Part shown: positions 25,720-36,189 of the stretch, piece after piece
How positions within the stretch are numbered: position 1 is the stretch's first letter
Layout of the letters: each line of letters opens with the position of its first letter
From: an uncultured Pseudomonadales bacterium
Lineage (GTDB): Bacteria; Patescibacteriota; Microgenomatia; UBA1400; MFAQ01
Assembly (NCBI GenBank): GCA_964564895.1
Contig: CAZMCB010000002.1
Location: forward strand, 2,721-66,720
DNA: 64,000 nt
Reading direction: 5' to 3'
Translations under genes and position numbers: made by a program
Notes under the pieces: model-generated
Database searches by the model: none
What the model was told of the DNA's origin: nothing
Seen by the model: only the letters and a program-made list of their open reading frames with translations

Positions 25720-26370
25720 TTAGTTTTCAACCAAGAGAGCGAGTTCAAGACAAGATATAGTTAGATTCTGCTCAGCTTGATACTCGTATTTATCCTTGAA
25801 ATAGGGAGTGTTGTAGATAGGTAAGTGATCAAGTTTGGTTTGAAGAATCCCTAGTCTACCTTTGGCAAACTGAGGTAGTGGAACATGGGCATATTCTTCT
25901 CTGATATATTTTGTGTTTTGTGAAAATTGTACCCATGGCAAACCGAGTGAAGATAGGTCAATATCACAAAGTAGCTTAGCATCATTACTTCTAGGCTTAT
26001 CGATGTGTCTTGTAGCTAGAATGAGTTTTTCAACTCTTAATCTGAACTTTTCTGGTAGTTGGGCCATCCTGATAATCATTGATGCCATCTCGGCACATCT
26101 TTCCTCAATTCCTTGAAGCTTGGTGTCGTAGATGCAGTCGTGAAACCAGATAGCAAACTCAAGAGCTTTGGGATCTTTGGCCAAGTGTCTTACGTCATCG
26201 AACTCTGTGAGGCAGTGCTGGATGTGATTTTCCAGATTGTGATAGCCACGATATGGATGTGTGTACAGATTTTGAAGCATTCTGTAGCCGTAAACGGCCT
26301 TGAAATCATTTTTGACCTTTAAAGTTTGCCAAAAATCAGACCAACGCTGTTCAAAATTTATTGGATCCAT
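25720..26370 (-). CDS. HD-domain phosphohydrolase (putative)
   Basis: H...HD motif (NHIQHC...AIWFHDCIYD). Start trimmed to ATG 26370 (RBS AAAGG) to avoid a 190-nt overlap with coaD. Confidence 0.5.
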   Translation of the reverse strand: MDPINFEQRWSDFWQTLKVKNDFKAVYGYRMLQNLYTHPYRGYHNLENHIQHCLTEFDDVRHLAKDPKALEFAIWFHDCIYDTKLQGIEERCAEMASMIIRMAQLPEKFRLRVEKLILATRHIDKPRSNDAKLLCDIDLSSLGLPWVQFSQNTKYIREEYAHVPLPQFAKGRLGILQTKLDHLPIYNTPYFKDKYEYQAEQNLTISCLELALLVEN

Positions 26371-26380
26371 ATTAACCTTT

Positions 26381-26887
26381 CTATTGGGTATTGGCGTAGT
26401 GAAGAGAACGAAGCTTTTGGAGTACTGGCTCTGAGACATATCGTGAGACGACTCTTTCCCAGCCTTTTGGTCCAATGAGGCCTTTGACCATGCTGGAGCT
26501 AATTTCGGCCAGTTCTCGAGGAGGCATAAGAAATATGGTAGTAATACTGGGATCAAGATCTTCGTTGACATTGCGCATGTCTTTTTCTTTGCCGTAATCT
26601 TCTGAAGATCTTATCCCTCGAAGGATAAATTGAGCCTCTTCGGATTTGGCAAAATTGACAAGATACTGAAAAGGAAAGCTTTTTATGGAGACATTAGTTA
26701 ATTCTTTTGTTGAGTAATACAACATTTCGAGTCTCTCATTTGCAGTAAATACACAATGTTTATCTGGGTTAGTTCCAATGGCGACAATTAATTTGTCAAA
26801 TATAGCCGCACCTTTCTCTATCATCCAGATGTGACCTTTGGTTGGGGGATCAAAAGACCCTGCATAAATTGCGACATTTTTTGGCAT
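26381..26887 (-). CDS. coaD: phosphopantetheine adenylyltransferase
   Basis: VAIYAGSFDPPTKGHIWMIEKG matches CoaD (T/HxGH nucleotidyltransferase motif). ~160 aa. Confidence 0.85.
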   Translation of the reverse strand: MPKNVAIYAGSFDPPTKGHIWMIEKGAAIFDKLIVAIGTNPDKHCVFTANERLEMLYYSTKELTNVSIKSFPFQYLVNFAKSEEAQFILRGIRSSEDYGKEKDMRNVNEDLDPSITTIFLMPPRELAEISSSMVKGLIGPKGWERVVSRYVSEPVLQKLRSLHYANTQ

Positions 26888-26996
26888 TCTATCTCCTTAT
26901 TTTGAATGTGCTTGCGGACTGGAATATTATACATCCTATAGGAGTATTTGAGTATTAATTGTATAAACTTGGGTTGTTGGAGTAAAATACTGGAAT

Positions 26997-27557
26997 ATGA
27001 TCGACGTGAATAAACTTAAAGTTGGAGTAACCTTTACCGAAGAAGGAATTCCTTTTCGTGTAATGAAGTATGACTTTACTAAGATGGGTAGAGGAAACGC
27101 TACTATCAAAGTGAAAGCCAAAAACCTTTTTAATGGCTCTATTGTAACCAAGGGATACATCTCAGGAAACATGGTTGAGGATGTTCTTTTGGAAAAGAAG
27201 CATCTTCAGTATTTGTACAAAGATGATCAGCAAGCATATTTTATGGATCCGGTATCTTTTGAACAGTGTGAGATCCCCATGAGCGTATTGGGAGATGATG
27301 TGAAGTTTTTGGTTGAAGGTGAAAAAGCTTGGGTGCTATTCTGGGGCGAGAAAATCTTGGGTGTTGAACTACAAGCATCAGTAATTATGGAAATAACTGA
27401 AACAGAGCCAGGTGCTCGTGGTAACACCGTCAGTAATGTTCTTAAACCCGCTCAGACTGCTTCAGGCCTTACCGTAATGGTGCCTTTGTTTATTTCCGTT
27501 GGCGATAAGATCAAAATTAACACTGAAACTGGTCAGTATACCGCTAGAGCAAATTAA
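26997..27557 (+). CDS. efp: elongation factor P
   Basis: KOW-like N-terminal domain (KVGVTFTEEGIPFRVMKYDF..GRGNATIKVK) and three-domain EF-P length. Confidence 0.9.
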   Translation: MIDVNKLKVGVTFTEEGIPFRVMKYDFTKMGRGNATIKVKAKNLFNGSIVTKGYISGNMVEDVLLEKKHLQYLYKDDQQAYFMDPVSFEQCEIPMSVLGDDVKFLVEGEKAWVLFWGEKILGVELQASVIMEITETEPGARGNTVSNVLKPAQTASGLTVMVPLFISVGDKIKINTETGQYTARAN

Positions 27558-27562
27558 GATAT

Positions 27563-27590
27563 AAAAAAGACCCCTAGGAAGGGGTCTTGA
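27563..27590. terminator. bidirectional terminator hairpin
   Basis: AGACCCCT-agga-AGGGGTCT hairpin. A-run upstream gives a T-run for the minus-strand gene 27594-27809. Confidence 0.55.
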
Positions 27591-27593
27591 AGC

Positions 27594-27809
27594 TTAAGCT
27601 TGGGTTTTTCCAACGTAGGTTTCTGAATTATAACCGAGTTCTTTTTTTACCTCGGCTCCTGAAACATTCTTTCCGTTTGAGTTGAAACGAGCAGTGTCTC
27701 CTGCCTTGCAAGTACAGGGTAGATCGTTATTACCGGTGACGATAACTCCGGTGTCGTTACAAAGTGAACAATTTGGTGGCATATATTCTCCTTTTTTAAT
27801 CTGCGACAA
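27594..27809 (-). CDS. small Cys-rich hypothetical protein
   Basis: 71 aa with CSLC...CTC cysteines. No family recognised. Confidence 0.35.
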   Translation of the reverse strand: MSQIKKGEYMPPNCSLCNDTGVIVTGNNDLPCTCKAGDTARFNSNGKNVSGAEVKKELGYNSETYVGKTQA

Positions 27810-27828
27810 ACTTTGGAAATATTCTACA

Positions 27829-28278
27829 CTATTTCAGAAGAATCACGAGGAGGATGACGAGAATCTGGGGAAGCATGCCCCAGAACTTATTTGGAGTGGA
27901 ACGGTGGACGAATGCGTGCAATTTGGCTAGTTGTTTGATGGGGAAAAATTTCATATTGAGAAATAGATAGGGAAACTCAAGAAAATCGGGAAGAAGACCA
28001 ACAAACCAACCAAGCCATGCTAGCCAATTTATCGTGGGTTGACCTGCTTGAAAAATTAAATATACAAGAACTATGGAAAAGGGAAAATCAAAAAATAATT
28101 CCTGAAGAAAAGCGGCTTTTTTTGACTTTTTCTTTTTGGTAAGACCCTGGCCTACGTCCCAATGAGGGATTCTGTCTTCAATGTAATGGGAGAGAAGTAC
28201 TAGGGGAATGCTTATGAGAGGATTGGGAATCTTTGAGGCAATTAGGGCACCTGTGGTACCGTGGGCAATAGAAAGCAT
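27829..28278 (-). CDS. membrane protein, possibly YdjM/DUF457-like metal-dependent hydrolase
   Basis: N-terminal M..HGTTG...H...D pattern and multiple TM helices. Weak assignment. Confidence 0.3.
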   Translation of the reverse strand: MLSIAHGTTGALIASKIPNPLISIPLVLLSHYIEDRIPHWDVGQGLTKKKKSKKAAFLQELFFDFPFSIVLVYLIFQAGQPTINWLAWLGWFVGLLPDFLEFPYLFLNMKFFPIKQLAKLHAFVHRSTPNKFWGMLPQILVILLVILLK

Positions 28279-28306
28279 TGTGGATTCTAGTATACAATAA
28301 TGAGAG

Positions 28307-29041
28307 ATGAATGAAGCGATAATTAGAATAAGCAGTATACCTGTTTACGGTTTTGGACTGTTGGCAGTGTTTGCCTTTATGTGGGGTTCATTTGTTTTTT
28401 ACAAAAAAGCAGCTGAGTCTCATTTTGAAGATAGATTGATTCTTGACAGTGTAGTTCTTTCTGCTTTTTGGGGATTTATTATCGGAAGATTGGGCTTTAC
28501 ATTATTAAACCTAGAAACTTTTTGGGGGCATTTTTCTAGAGTCTTTTTGCTTACAAATTACCCCGGTCTTGATCGTTATGGAGTTATCTTTGGAATAGCT
28601 TTGGGACTTTGGCTGTGTTTGCGAAAAACAAAAGAAAAGTTTTTGGATTGGTTCGATCTTGTGGCTATAGGAATGTCTGCTGGGAGTGCTATTTTCTTTG
28701 CTGGTATGGCAATAATGGCCTTTATGTGGCAGTTTATCGTCCTTGCATTTGTTTTTTTGGGAGCATTTATTTATTTTTGGAACGTAGAGCGACGTTATCG
28801 AACTTTTGATTGGTATAGAAACAATAGGACTTCGGCAAGATCAGGTTTTATTGCTGGATTCTCAATTTCTTCTTGGGGAGTATTGTATATGGCAGAAAAA
28901 ATATTGATTGGAGGCTTTGTTTGGAGTATGGGTGTATGGGCGGGAGTGATGTTTGTTGGGGGCTTGGTTTTAGTGTATATTAGGTCTGGCAGGACAGTGA
29001 CAGAAGATATTAGAACAATTTTAAAACATGGAAAAAAATAA
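28307..29041 (+). CDS. integral membrane protein (hypothetical)
   Basis: ~7 predicted TM helices. Divergent from 27829-28278. Confidence 0.4.
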   Translation: MNEAIIRISSIPVYGFGLLAVFAFMWGSFVFYKKAAESHFEDRLILDSVVLSAFWGFIIGRLGFTLLNLETFWGHFSRVFLLTNYPGLDRYGVIFGIALGLWLCLRKTKEKFLDWFDLVAIGMSAGSAIFFAGMAIMAFMWQFIVLAFVFLGAFIYFWNVERRYRTFDWYRNNRTSARSGFIAGFSISSWGVLYMAEKILIGGFVWSMGVWAGVMFVGGLVLVYIRSGRTVTEDIRTILKHGKK

Positions 29042-29417
29042 AAACAAAATTGCATTCCCTTCACAACTTTTGAAGCCATTGGTGGCATATCTTAAAGGTG
29101 AAAAGAAGAAATTAATTGAGTCAAAGAAGGAATTAAAAAAAGTTGATCCATTTGTGACCGGAGAAAGAGATGCAGACAACTCAGTTGATTCTGATGTGGC
29201 TGAGAATGTCCAGCATGATAGATCTTTTGCAATGAGATTGCAGGTATCTAAATCATTGGTAGCTATTCGCAAAACTTTAACTCGAATTAAGCTTGGAAAA
29301 TATGGAATTTGTGCTAACTGTGGCAAGATGATAGATACAGATAGACTTGCAGTTACCCCAACAGCTGAGTACTGTATGGATTGTGCTAGAAAGATGGAAG
29401 AAAAGGCTGGAGAGTGA
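29028..29417 (+). CDS. dksA: DksA/TraR family C4-type zinc-finger protein
   Basis: C-terminal CANCGKMI...x17...CMDCAR zinc finger, preceded by coiled-coil region. Confidence 0.75.
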   Translation: MEKNKNKIAFPSQLLKPLVAYLKGEKKKLIESKKELKKVDPFVTGERDADNSVDSDVAENVQHDRSFAMRLQVSKSLVAIRKTLTRIKLGKYGICANCGKMIDTDRLAVTPTAEYCMDCARKMEEKAGE

Positions 29418-29824
29418 TTTGTGGAGGTTTTTTGGTTCTCTTAATGGATTTAATTTTGCAGTATTTTTTTCGGATAGAAAATATTGGTTATGCAAATAGG
29501 GGAGTATCTTTTGGATTTGGTTCTGAAGTTGGATCTATTATTTCTTTTATCGCCTTTGGAGGTTTATTGATTTGGTTTGTTTTTGAGTTAATTAAATTTA
29601 AAAAAATAAGGTCTTACATTTTCCTTATCTTGTTAGGGGGATTGGGTAATATTGCTGGGAGAGTATTTTGGGGAAGTGTTTGGGATTATGTTTGTGTTCC
29701 TTATGTTCCATTTTGTTTTAACTTTTCAGACGTTCTTATAAGTATTGGCGTAGTGTCGTATATACTTGGAGGTAATGGAAATAGAAGTACTCTACGAGGA
29801 CAACGAGACACTGGTAATCAATAA
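29414..29824 (+). CDS. lspA: lipoprotein signal peptidase II (short form, putative)
   Basis: NRGVSFGFG and VWDYV motifs resembling LspA conserved boxes. 4 TM helices. lspA-rluD adjacency is conserved in Firmicutes. Confidence 0.5.
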   Translation: MICGGFLVLLMDLILQYFFRIENIGYANRGVSFGFGSEVGSIISFIAFGGLLIWFVFELIKFKKIRSYIFLILLGGLGNIAGRVFWGSVWDYVCVPYVPFCFNFSDVLISIGVVSYILGGNGNRSTLRGQRDTGNQ

Positions 29825-30503
29825 GCCAGTTGGTTTGGTGGTGAATAGAGCTGAGTCTGTTTCGGCACCCACAGTCCAAGACTGGATTGAGGAGAGACTT
29901 GGTGAGTCATTTTTTCAGTATACGGACAAAGTATTTCGCCAGAGAAGTGGGTTTTGTCATCGACTCGATAAAGAAACAAGTGGCTGCTTAGTGATAGCAA
30001 AAAACCCTGAAGCCTTACGATACTATTTAAAATTATTTAAACTGCGTAAACTTACAAAGGAGTATGTGGCTTTGGTTCATGGAAAAGTGGAACCAACTGA
30101 AGGAACAGTAATATTGCCTATGAAAAGAAGTCAGTTTGACAGAGAAAAATGGCAGGTTCACTATGAAGGGAAGAAAGCGGTAACTTCTTGGAAAGTGATA
30201 GACCGATTTGAGTATAAAAATACAGAGCACTGGAAAAATTCTTTAACATATTTAAGACTAAATTTAAAAACTGGAAGAACTCATCAGATTAGAGTTCACT
30301 TGTCCTTCTTGGGTTGGCCAATATTCGCGGATGAAAAGTACTTGAATAAAGAACTGGCAGCTCGTGATAGAGAGTTTTTGAGTCATCATTTTTTGCATGC
30401 TGAGAGAATTGAGTTTGTGAATTTTGCTGGAGCGCCGGTTTTGGTAGTTGCACCATTACCTAGTGACTGTGAGGGATTGCTTAAGGACATGGGTTTCCAT
30501 TAG
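29766..30503 (+). CDS. rluD: RluA-family 23S rRNA pseudouridine synthase
   Basis: Catalytic HRLDKETSG motif, RluA-family core. Start may be a few codons downstream. Confidence 0.85.
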   Translation: MEVMEIEVLYEDNETLVINKPVGLVVNRAESVSAPTVQDWIEERLGESFFQYTDKVFRQRSGFCHRLDKETSGCLVIAKNPEALRYYLKLFKLRKLTKEYVALVHGKVEPTEGTVILPMKRSQFDREKWQVHYEGKKAVTSWKVIDRFEYKNTEHWKNSLTYLRLNLKTGRTHQIRVHLSFLGWPIFADEKYLNKELAARDREFLSHHFLHAERIEFVNFAGAPVLVVAPLPSDCEGLLKDMGFH

Positions 30504-30512
30504 AATGAAGTA

Positions 30513-32195
30513 ATGGATTTATTTATCGTTGAGTTGGTAGCGGTTTTTGTAATTGCAGTTTTGGTTGGAATTGTATTTAGATATTTTGGACTACCTTCTA
30601 TCATCGGACATGTTTTATCTGGACTCGTAATTGGACTGTCTGGACTGATTAGTTCTCCAAGTGTTTCTGTACTGCACACTCTTGGGACCTTGGGAGTAAC
30701 TCTTCTTTTGTTTTTGGTTGGCTTGGAAATGAACTGGAGTGAGATTAGAAAAGTGGGAAAGGAAGCAGTATTTATGTTTTTGGGGCAGACTGTATTGTTG
30801 GCAGCCGTATATATAGTATTTGGCTTGTTCGCAGTTGGCTTTAGTCCTATTGCAGCAGTTTTATTTGCTATCGCTATGACTTTCTCAAGCACTATCGTGG
30901 TTGTAAAAGTGCTTTCTGAGAAACGTGAATTAAATAATTACTCAGGGAGATTGACCTTAGGAATACTTCTTCTTCAAGATGTTTTGGCTATTTGTTTGCT
31001 TGTATTTTTACCAAGCGTTGGTCAGGGAATAAGTATTACAGGAATTGGTTTGTTAATAGCTAAGTTGTTTGCTCTGGTGATGATTGTTAATGTTTTTGGG
31101 CACTTTATTATTTCGTTACTAATGAAACATGTAATCAAGTCTGCTGAGGACTTGGTCCTATTTAGCTTGGCTTGGTTTGCAATAGTCATCTATGGATCTA
31201 CAGCACTTTTTGGACTATCTCCAGAGGTTGGAGGACTACTAGCCGGTCTATCTCTTTCAACTAGCTGGGGACATTTCCAGATAGTCAGTAAGATTCGAGT
31301 TTTACGCGACGTCTTCTTGACAATGTTTTTTGTGTTATTAGGTTTTCAAGTTGGTCTTGGTGGAGTTGATTGGCTGCTTGTATTTGTGTTGATTTTAATG
31401 ATTGTGGTTGTTAAATTTTTGGTTACTCATACTGTGTCTCATCTGGTAGGTCTTAGCGGAAGAAACTCAATATTAATGGGAATAAATATGACCCAGATGT
31501 CCGAGTTTTCTCTTGTAGTAATGTCTGTTGGCCTTACTGCTGGTTTGTGGAATGAGCCATTGGTTAAAGCAGTTACATTGGCCGGTTTGTTTTCGATGGC
31601 TATGTCGACAATAATAATTTCAAAATCTGATAAATTGAGCCTTAAGATTAGTAAGCTTTCAAGAATACTCTTTAGTTTTACTGGAAAAAATAGACAAACA
31701 AAAGTTGAGTTTAAAAATCACACAGTATTAATTGGATGCGACCGAACTGGAAAAGGTATTCTATTGTTTTTGAAGAAGTTCGGAGAAAAAGTGGTAATCG
31801 TGGAGTATAACCCTAGAATTGTAAATGAGTTAAAGGCGAAAGGGGAGTCTGTAATTTTTGCTGATGCAACTGATCCTGATATTTTAGAGCTTTCTAATAT
31901 GTATGAAGCGAAATTGATAATCTCTACAATTAAAAATTTTAACGATGAGTTATCTTTGATTTCTGAGATAAAAAACAAAAAAATCGAGGCTCCGATAATT
32001 GCAGATGCAGAAAGCTTGGCTCATGCAAAACATCTCTATGAAGCTGGTGCTTCTTATGTGATCTTTCCTCATTTTGCTAGCGGATGGCACATTGGACAGA
32101 TGATTAAGAAGTTTGGTAAGGATAAAGAAACTTTGACTAAGTATCGTACCCGACAAGACAGTTTCTTAAAAAGAACATATGAAGACGAGTATTAA
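30513..32195 (+). CDS. CPA2 cation:proton antiporter with C-terminal RCK/TrkA-N domain (Kef-type)
   Basis: ~12 TM N-terminal domain with CPA2 features, then Rossmann-like VLIGCDRTGKG (GxGxxG) RCK domain. Confidence 0.8.
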   Translation: MDLFIVELVAVFVIAVLVGIVFRYFGLPSIIGHVLSGLVIGLSGLISSPSVSVLHTLGTLGVTLLLFLVGLEMNWSEIRKVGKEAVFMFLGQTVLLAAVYIVFGLFAVGFSPIAAVLFAIAMTFSSTIVVVKVLSEKRELNNYSGRLTLGILLLQDVLAICLLVFLPSVGQGISITGIGLLIAKLFALVMIVNVFGHFIISLLMKHVIKSAEDLVLFSLAWFAIVIYGSTALFGLSPEVGGLLAGLSLSTSWGHFQIVSKIRVLRDVFLTMFFVLLGFQVGLGGVDWLLVFVLILMIVVVKFLVTHTVSHLVGLSGRNSILMGINMTQMSEFSLVVMSVGLTAGLWNEPLVKAVTLAGLFSMAMSTIIISKSDKLSLKISKLSRILFSFTGKNRQTKVEFKNHTVLIGCDRTGKGILLFLKKFGEKVVIVEYNPRIVNELKAKGESVIFADATDPDILELSNMYEAKLIISTIKNFNDELSLISEIKNKKIEAPIIADAESLAHAKHLYEAGASYVIFPHFASGWHIGQMIKKFGKDKETLTKYRTRQDSFLKRTYEDEY

Positions 32196-33066
32196 AGATA
32201 AACTACTTATAATTTTGGGAAGTGTTTTCTTGCTAGTTCTTTTGGGACTTTTGGTTTTTGATGTAACTAGAAGGGGAGTATTTAGTAATAGAATGGGTTT
32301 TAATGTGGCTGTCGTGGGAAACGAAGGAATAAGTATTTTATTACTGCGACCCGAGGAGGGGATGGTGGGTTGGATTCGTTTACCAGATAATATTAGAGTA
32401 AAAATTTATAATTCAGAGGCTTTTTATCCACTTGAGTCGGTGTGGAGTTACGGAGTATCAGAGAAAAAGCCATTTGAAATAATGGAAAAATCAGTTGGTC
32501 AAGCGATGGGTGTAGTAATTGCCAGAACAATAAAGATTGATGATAGCTCAGGAATTGAAAATGTACTGGGAAGACTACTGTCTTTGAGCTTAAAAACAGA
32601 TATCAGTATCCGAGATAGGGTTTTGATAAGACAGTTTTTGGGCGACGCAGTAAAGTCAAAAAGAGTGCTTGAAATGAGTATTCCTAAGACCGTCTTTGAT
32701 GTTGTAACTGATCCGGATGGTGCTGAGTTTAATGAATTTAACCTTACTATGAGTTTGTGGACAAAAAACAAGTTTGTAGTTGAGCCCATCCTTAATGAAA
32801 ATGCTGATATATCAATAAATAATATATCTGGTATTTCAGGTCTTGGAGGGATTTTGGCAAACCAATTGGAGTCAACAGGAATGCATGTAACTGAGTTGAA
32901 GGCGATAACTGATGAGATTGTTCCTTCTGAAAAAGGATGTGTCTTTGCAAGTGAGAAGAGATATGAAATGACAGAGCTGATTCTAAAAGAGCAGTTGGGA
33001 TGTAACAAAATAGCAAGACCTGATTATGTGGAACAAGATGAGAAACTTAGAATTTGGATTAGATAG
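32179..33066 (+). CDS. LytR-CpsA-Psr (LCP) family protein, putative
   Basis: N-terminal TM anchor. FNVAVVGNEGISILLLRP..WIRLPDNIRV resembles the LCP core. Weak. Confidence 0.4.
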   Translation: MKTSIKDKLLIILGSVFLLVLLGLLVFDVTRRGVFSNRMGFNVAVVGNEGISILLLRPEEGMVGWIRLPDNIRVKIYNSEAFYPLESVWSYGVSEKKPFEIMEKSVGQAMGVVIARTIKIDDSSGIENVLGRLLSLSLKTDISIRDRVLIRQFLGDAVKSKRVLEMSIPKTVFDVVTDPDGAEFNEFNLTMSLWTKNKFVVEPILNENADISINNISGISGLGGILANQLESTGMHVTELKAITDEIVPSEKGCVFASEKRYEMTELILKEQLGCNKIARPDYVEQDEKLRIWIR

Positions 33067-33067
33067 A

Positions 33068-33775
33068 CTAGCCTTCGTCTCCCATGAGAGGATCGTATAT
33101 TTCTATAGGAGGTAGCTCACTTGATTCACCAGCTGAGAGTGAAGGAAGAAGCTCACTATCGTCGAGGGGAAACGAAGGAACTCCTTTGAGTTTTTTTGAT
33201 GCGTGAGTTTCTTGGATAAATACTTGAGGGAATTTTGGATTGACTGATTTCATTACGGTTTTGTATTTGTACCCGGCTCTTAGAAGCTGAAGTAGGCGAT
33301 GAGAAATATTGTCAGGAAGATAGCCGACAAAGATATCTTTCTGATCTGAGACTTTGACTTTGTGTTTGCAATGGCCTAGCTCGACTGGTTCACCAATATT
33401 GAGGGCTGAGAAAATTTTTGGTTCAGCTTGACTGACAAGGGGAACGACTTTGGATTTTCCTGGTTCTTCGATAAAACTTACTGTTTGGGTGAATGGGTTG
33501 AGAAGACCGGTGTTTTTGTTTGCTTTTAATCTAACAATGTTGTTTTTGGCAATTGGGTTATGAGCGTCTATTTTTAAAACTTTATTAAAATTTTCTTCAG
33601 CTTTTTTGTTTTTACCAATCATGGAATAGGAGATACCAAGGCGATTTAGGGTAGAAATATCATCAGGAAAAGTCTCCAGTATTTTGGTGTTGAGATCAAC
33701 TGCTTCTTTCCAGTTTTTGTTTACTGCAGCTTTTATTGCTTCTTGTGTTAAATCGTGCGTGGAGTCATTGTTCAT
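33068..33775 (-). CDS. TPR-repeat protein
   Basis: N-terminal tetratricopeptide repeats (W..A......L...P.D...L..LG..Y...G....A...F). Confidence 0.6.
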   Translation of the reverse strand: MNNDSTHDLTQEAIKAAVNKNWKEAVDLNTKILETFPDDISTLNRLGISYSMIGKNKKAEENFNKVLKIDAHNPIAKNNIVRLKANKNTGLLNPFTQTVSFIEEPGKSKVVPLVSQAEPKIFSALNIGEPVELGHCKHKVKVSDQKDIFVGYLPDNISHRLLQLLRAGYKYKTVMKSVNPKFPQVFIQETHASKKLKGVPSFPLDDSELLPSLSAGESSELPPIEIYDPLMGDEG

Positions 33776-33841
33776 GATGGAAGCATATTAATGATTTTTT
33801 TACCATATGTCAAGCTACAAATTGTTTGGTAGAATCAAGAT

Positions 33842-34366
33842 ATGTCAGGTCATTCCAAGTGGTCAACAATTAAACATCAAAAGGCGATTGAAGATAACAA
33901 ACGCGGTGCTGTGTTTACAAAAATCGCAAAAAAGATCCATATAGCCGTACAAAAAGGCGGTTCAGGGGACGTTAACGGTAATCCATTTTTAAGAGCTTGT
34001 GTAGATGAGGCACGCGCCGTAAATATGCCAATGGATAATATTAATCGCGCAATCGAAAAAGGATTAGGAGTCGGTGGGGCAAATACATCAGAAGAGGTTA
34101 TATATGAAGCTTACAGTAAAGAAGGAGTTGGAATTCTCATCACAGCTGTAACTGACAACCGTAATAGAACAGCCGCAGAGCTAAACTCAGTATTAAACAA
34201 ACATGAAGCAAAGTTGGGTGGTCCTGGGTCGGTATCCTACATGAAATCAATTTCTCCTATACCGATGATAAGTCTTGATGATGAATCAAAAGCTAATGTA
34301 GAGAGATTGTTGGAAGTATTAGGGGACCTTGACGATGTGGTTGAGACTTGGTCGAATTTAGATTAA
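33842..34366 (+). CDS. yebC: YebC/PmpR family DNA-binding regulator (short form)
   Basis: MSGHSKWSTIKHQKA..D.KRG..F.K N-terminus is diagnostic of YebC. Confidence 0.8.
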   Translation: MSGHSKWSTIKHQKAIEDNKRGAVFTKIAKKIHIAVQKGGSGDVNGNPFLRACVDEARAVNMPMDNINRAIEKGLGVGGANTSEEVIYEAYSKEGVGILITAVTDNRNRTAAELNSVLNKHEAKLGGPGSVSYMKSISPIPMISLDDESKANVERLLEVLGDLDDVVETWSNLD

Positions 34367-34368
34367 TT

Positions 34369-35193
34369 ATGTCAAAAAGAACAAAATTTATTTTGGTTAG
34401 CTTGCTTATTGCTTTCTTGTTGTGGCTTACAAGCATGGCTCAGGTGGACTATAGATTTGGCTTAGTTTTGGCTGTTGGGGCTGTTTCTTATATCTTGTCT
34501 GTTTGGGTCTTATTTGATGACTTGAAGGGCATTGAGTGGATTACATTGATAATTCTACCGATGATGTTTACGTTGGGAGCTGGTTTGTTTTCAAATTTTT
34601 TACCGACTGCTTTTCCAGGGATGTTTGGCAAGTCAATTTCTGTTGAGACCTCACAGTTGTTGGCAGGAATATTTAAAGTATTATATTTTTTATTGGTTGG
34701 CGTTGGACTTTACGGAATTCTTTTGATCGAGAATATTTTTTCAGTTGCTTCGATAAGGACAATTCAACTCTTCAGAGCGGCTCGATCAGTTAACTTTATT
34801 TTTACCTTGGTTACTTCACTATTTTTCTTTACTGTGGCACTGAGTTTGAAGTTGGCTTTTTGGTGGGTAATTCCAATTTCTTTTGCCGTTTCATTTGTTC
34901 TGGCTTATCCTAGTTTGTGGAGTATTGATTTAAAAAATAACTTTGGGCCACAGGTGATGCGATATGCATTGTCGGCAAGCTGGATTATCGCAATTCTGTC
35001 TGGAGTACTCTGTTTTTGGCCAGTTAAGCCTTTTATGGGTGGGCTCATTTTGACTTCAGGACTATACGCATTATTTGGCATCCTTGAACAGCGACTTTCT
35101 AATAGGGTATACCTAGAAAGCCTTCTGGAATATGGAGTGACTATTATTATCATTATTGTCGTAGGATTCTTGACTACTTCGTGGGTAGGCTAG
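34369..35193 (+). CDS. integral membrane protein (hypothetical)
   Basis: ~8 TM helices. ATG 34369 chosen over the overlapping 34348. Confidence 0.45.
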   Translation: MSKRTKFILVSLLIAFLLWLTSMAQVDYRFGLVLAVGAVSYILSVWVLFDDLKGIEWITLIILPMMFTLGAGLFSNFLPTAFPGMFGKSISVETSQLLAGIFKVLYFLLVGVGLYGILLIENIFSVASIRTIQLFRAARSVNFIFTLVTSLFFFTVALSLKLAFWWVIPISFAVSFVLAYPSLWSIDLKNNFGPQVMRYALSASWIIAILSGVLCFWPVKPFMGGLILTSGLYALFGILEQRLSNRVYLESLLEYGVTIIIIIVVGFLTTSWVG

Positions 35194-36189
35194 GTATAAA
35201 ATTAATTTAATATTTGTTTGTGGAAAAATATTTTCTTGCGCTGACCAAAAGGGGGAGAAGTCCTATAATATACATCCTATAATAATTATCCTATAACACA
35301 TATCCTATAATAGTTTTCACGAAATGGGGAAGTTTTCACGAAAAATTAGCAGTCATGTGGATAACTCGCTAGGTGAGTGGGTTTGATATAGTTGGCAAAA
35401 GAATGAAGAAAACACGATAGACCATCCCCAAGACAGGGCTATAAATAATCGTTATTTATTAATTAATTATTTTTTATTGACGACATGTTTGGGACACTGG
35501 TACGCGAGATAGAAGAAGTTATTCTTCTGCACTTCCCTGTTTATATTTTTAGTTCCCCTGGAGAAGAATGATTTATGATACGTCGCACAATAACACTTTT
35601 GCGACGTTAGTCACAAAGTTGTGCACCTAGAAGTAGATATTCACCCATCATGTGATTTCGTATAAAATCCCGAATACTTTACGGGTTTAGCCTCCCCCAT
35701 GTGTGTTTTAGTTCATTCTTTTAAGGTTTGTGCCTAGTAGCCTCAAATCGTGCTTAACCATATATAAACCCGAAAACTCGAGGCTAAACCTCTATGAACA
35801 AGTACCCACAAAAAGTCCCAGAAGCCGTTTTAGGGGCATTGTACGGGCCGGCTTTTTTGGGGTTTTTGATGTCAGTTTGGAGTTTCTTTAATAGAGTAAA
35901 GAGACGTATGGTTTGTGCTTGGATATCGAGTATTGGTTCTTTAATTTTGTAAATTGAATTTAATTATTTATTTATGTTTCCGAAAATATTTATTGTTGGA
36001 ATATTATAAAAATATTAATTTGTAATTAATTATTTTTTAAGAAAATTTATCGACGCAAAGAATTCTTAATAATTCATTGTGGATAACTTTCTGTCGTCCA
36101 TTATCAAAAATTCTTCCCGGTCCTCCCCTATTTCTAACTCCCCTATTTTTCATGGTGTGAAAATTTTTTTGTAATTATTTTTTTAAATA

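Noticed and set aside
35261-35315. CRISPR array
   Set aside because: Only four 9-11-nt repeats with a 14-bp period and no spacer-sized unique segments. This is iteron/operator-like, not CRISPR.
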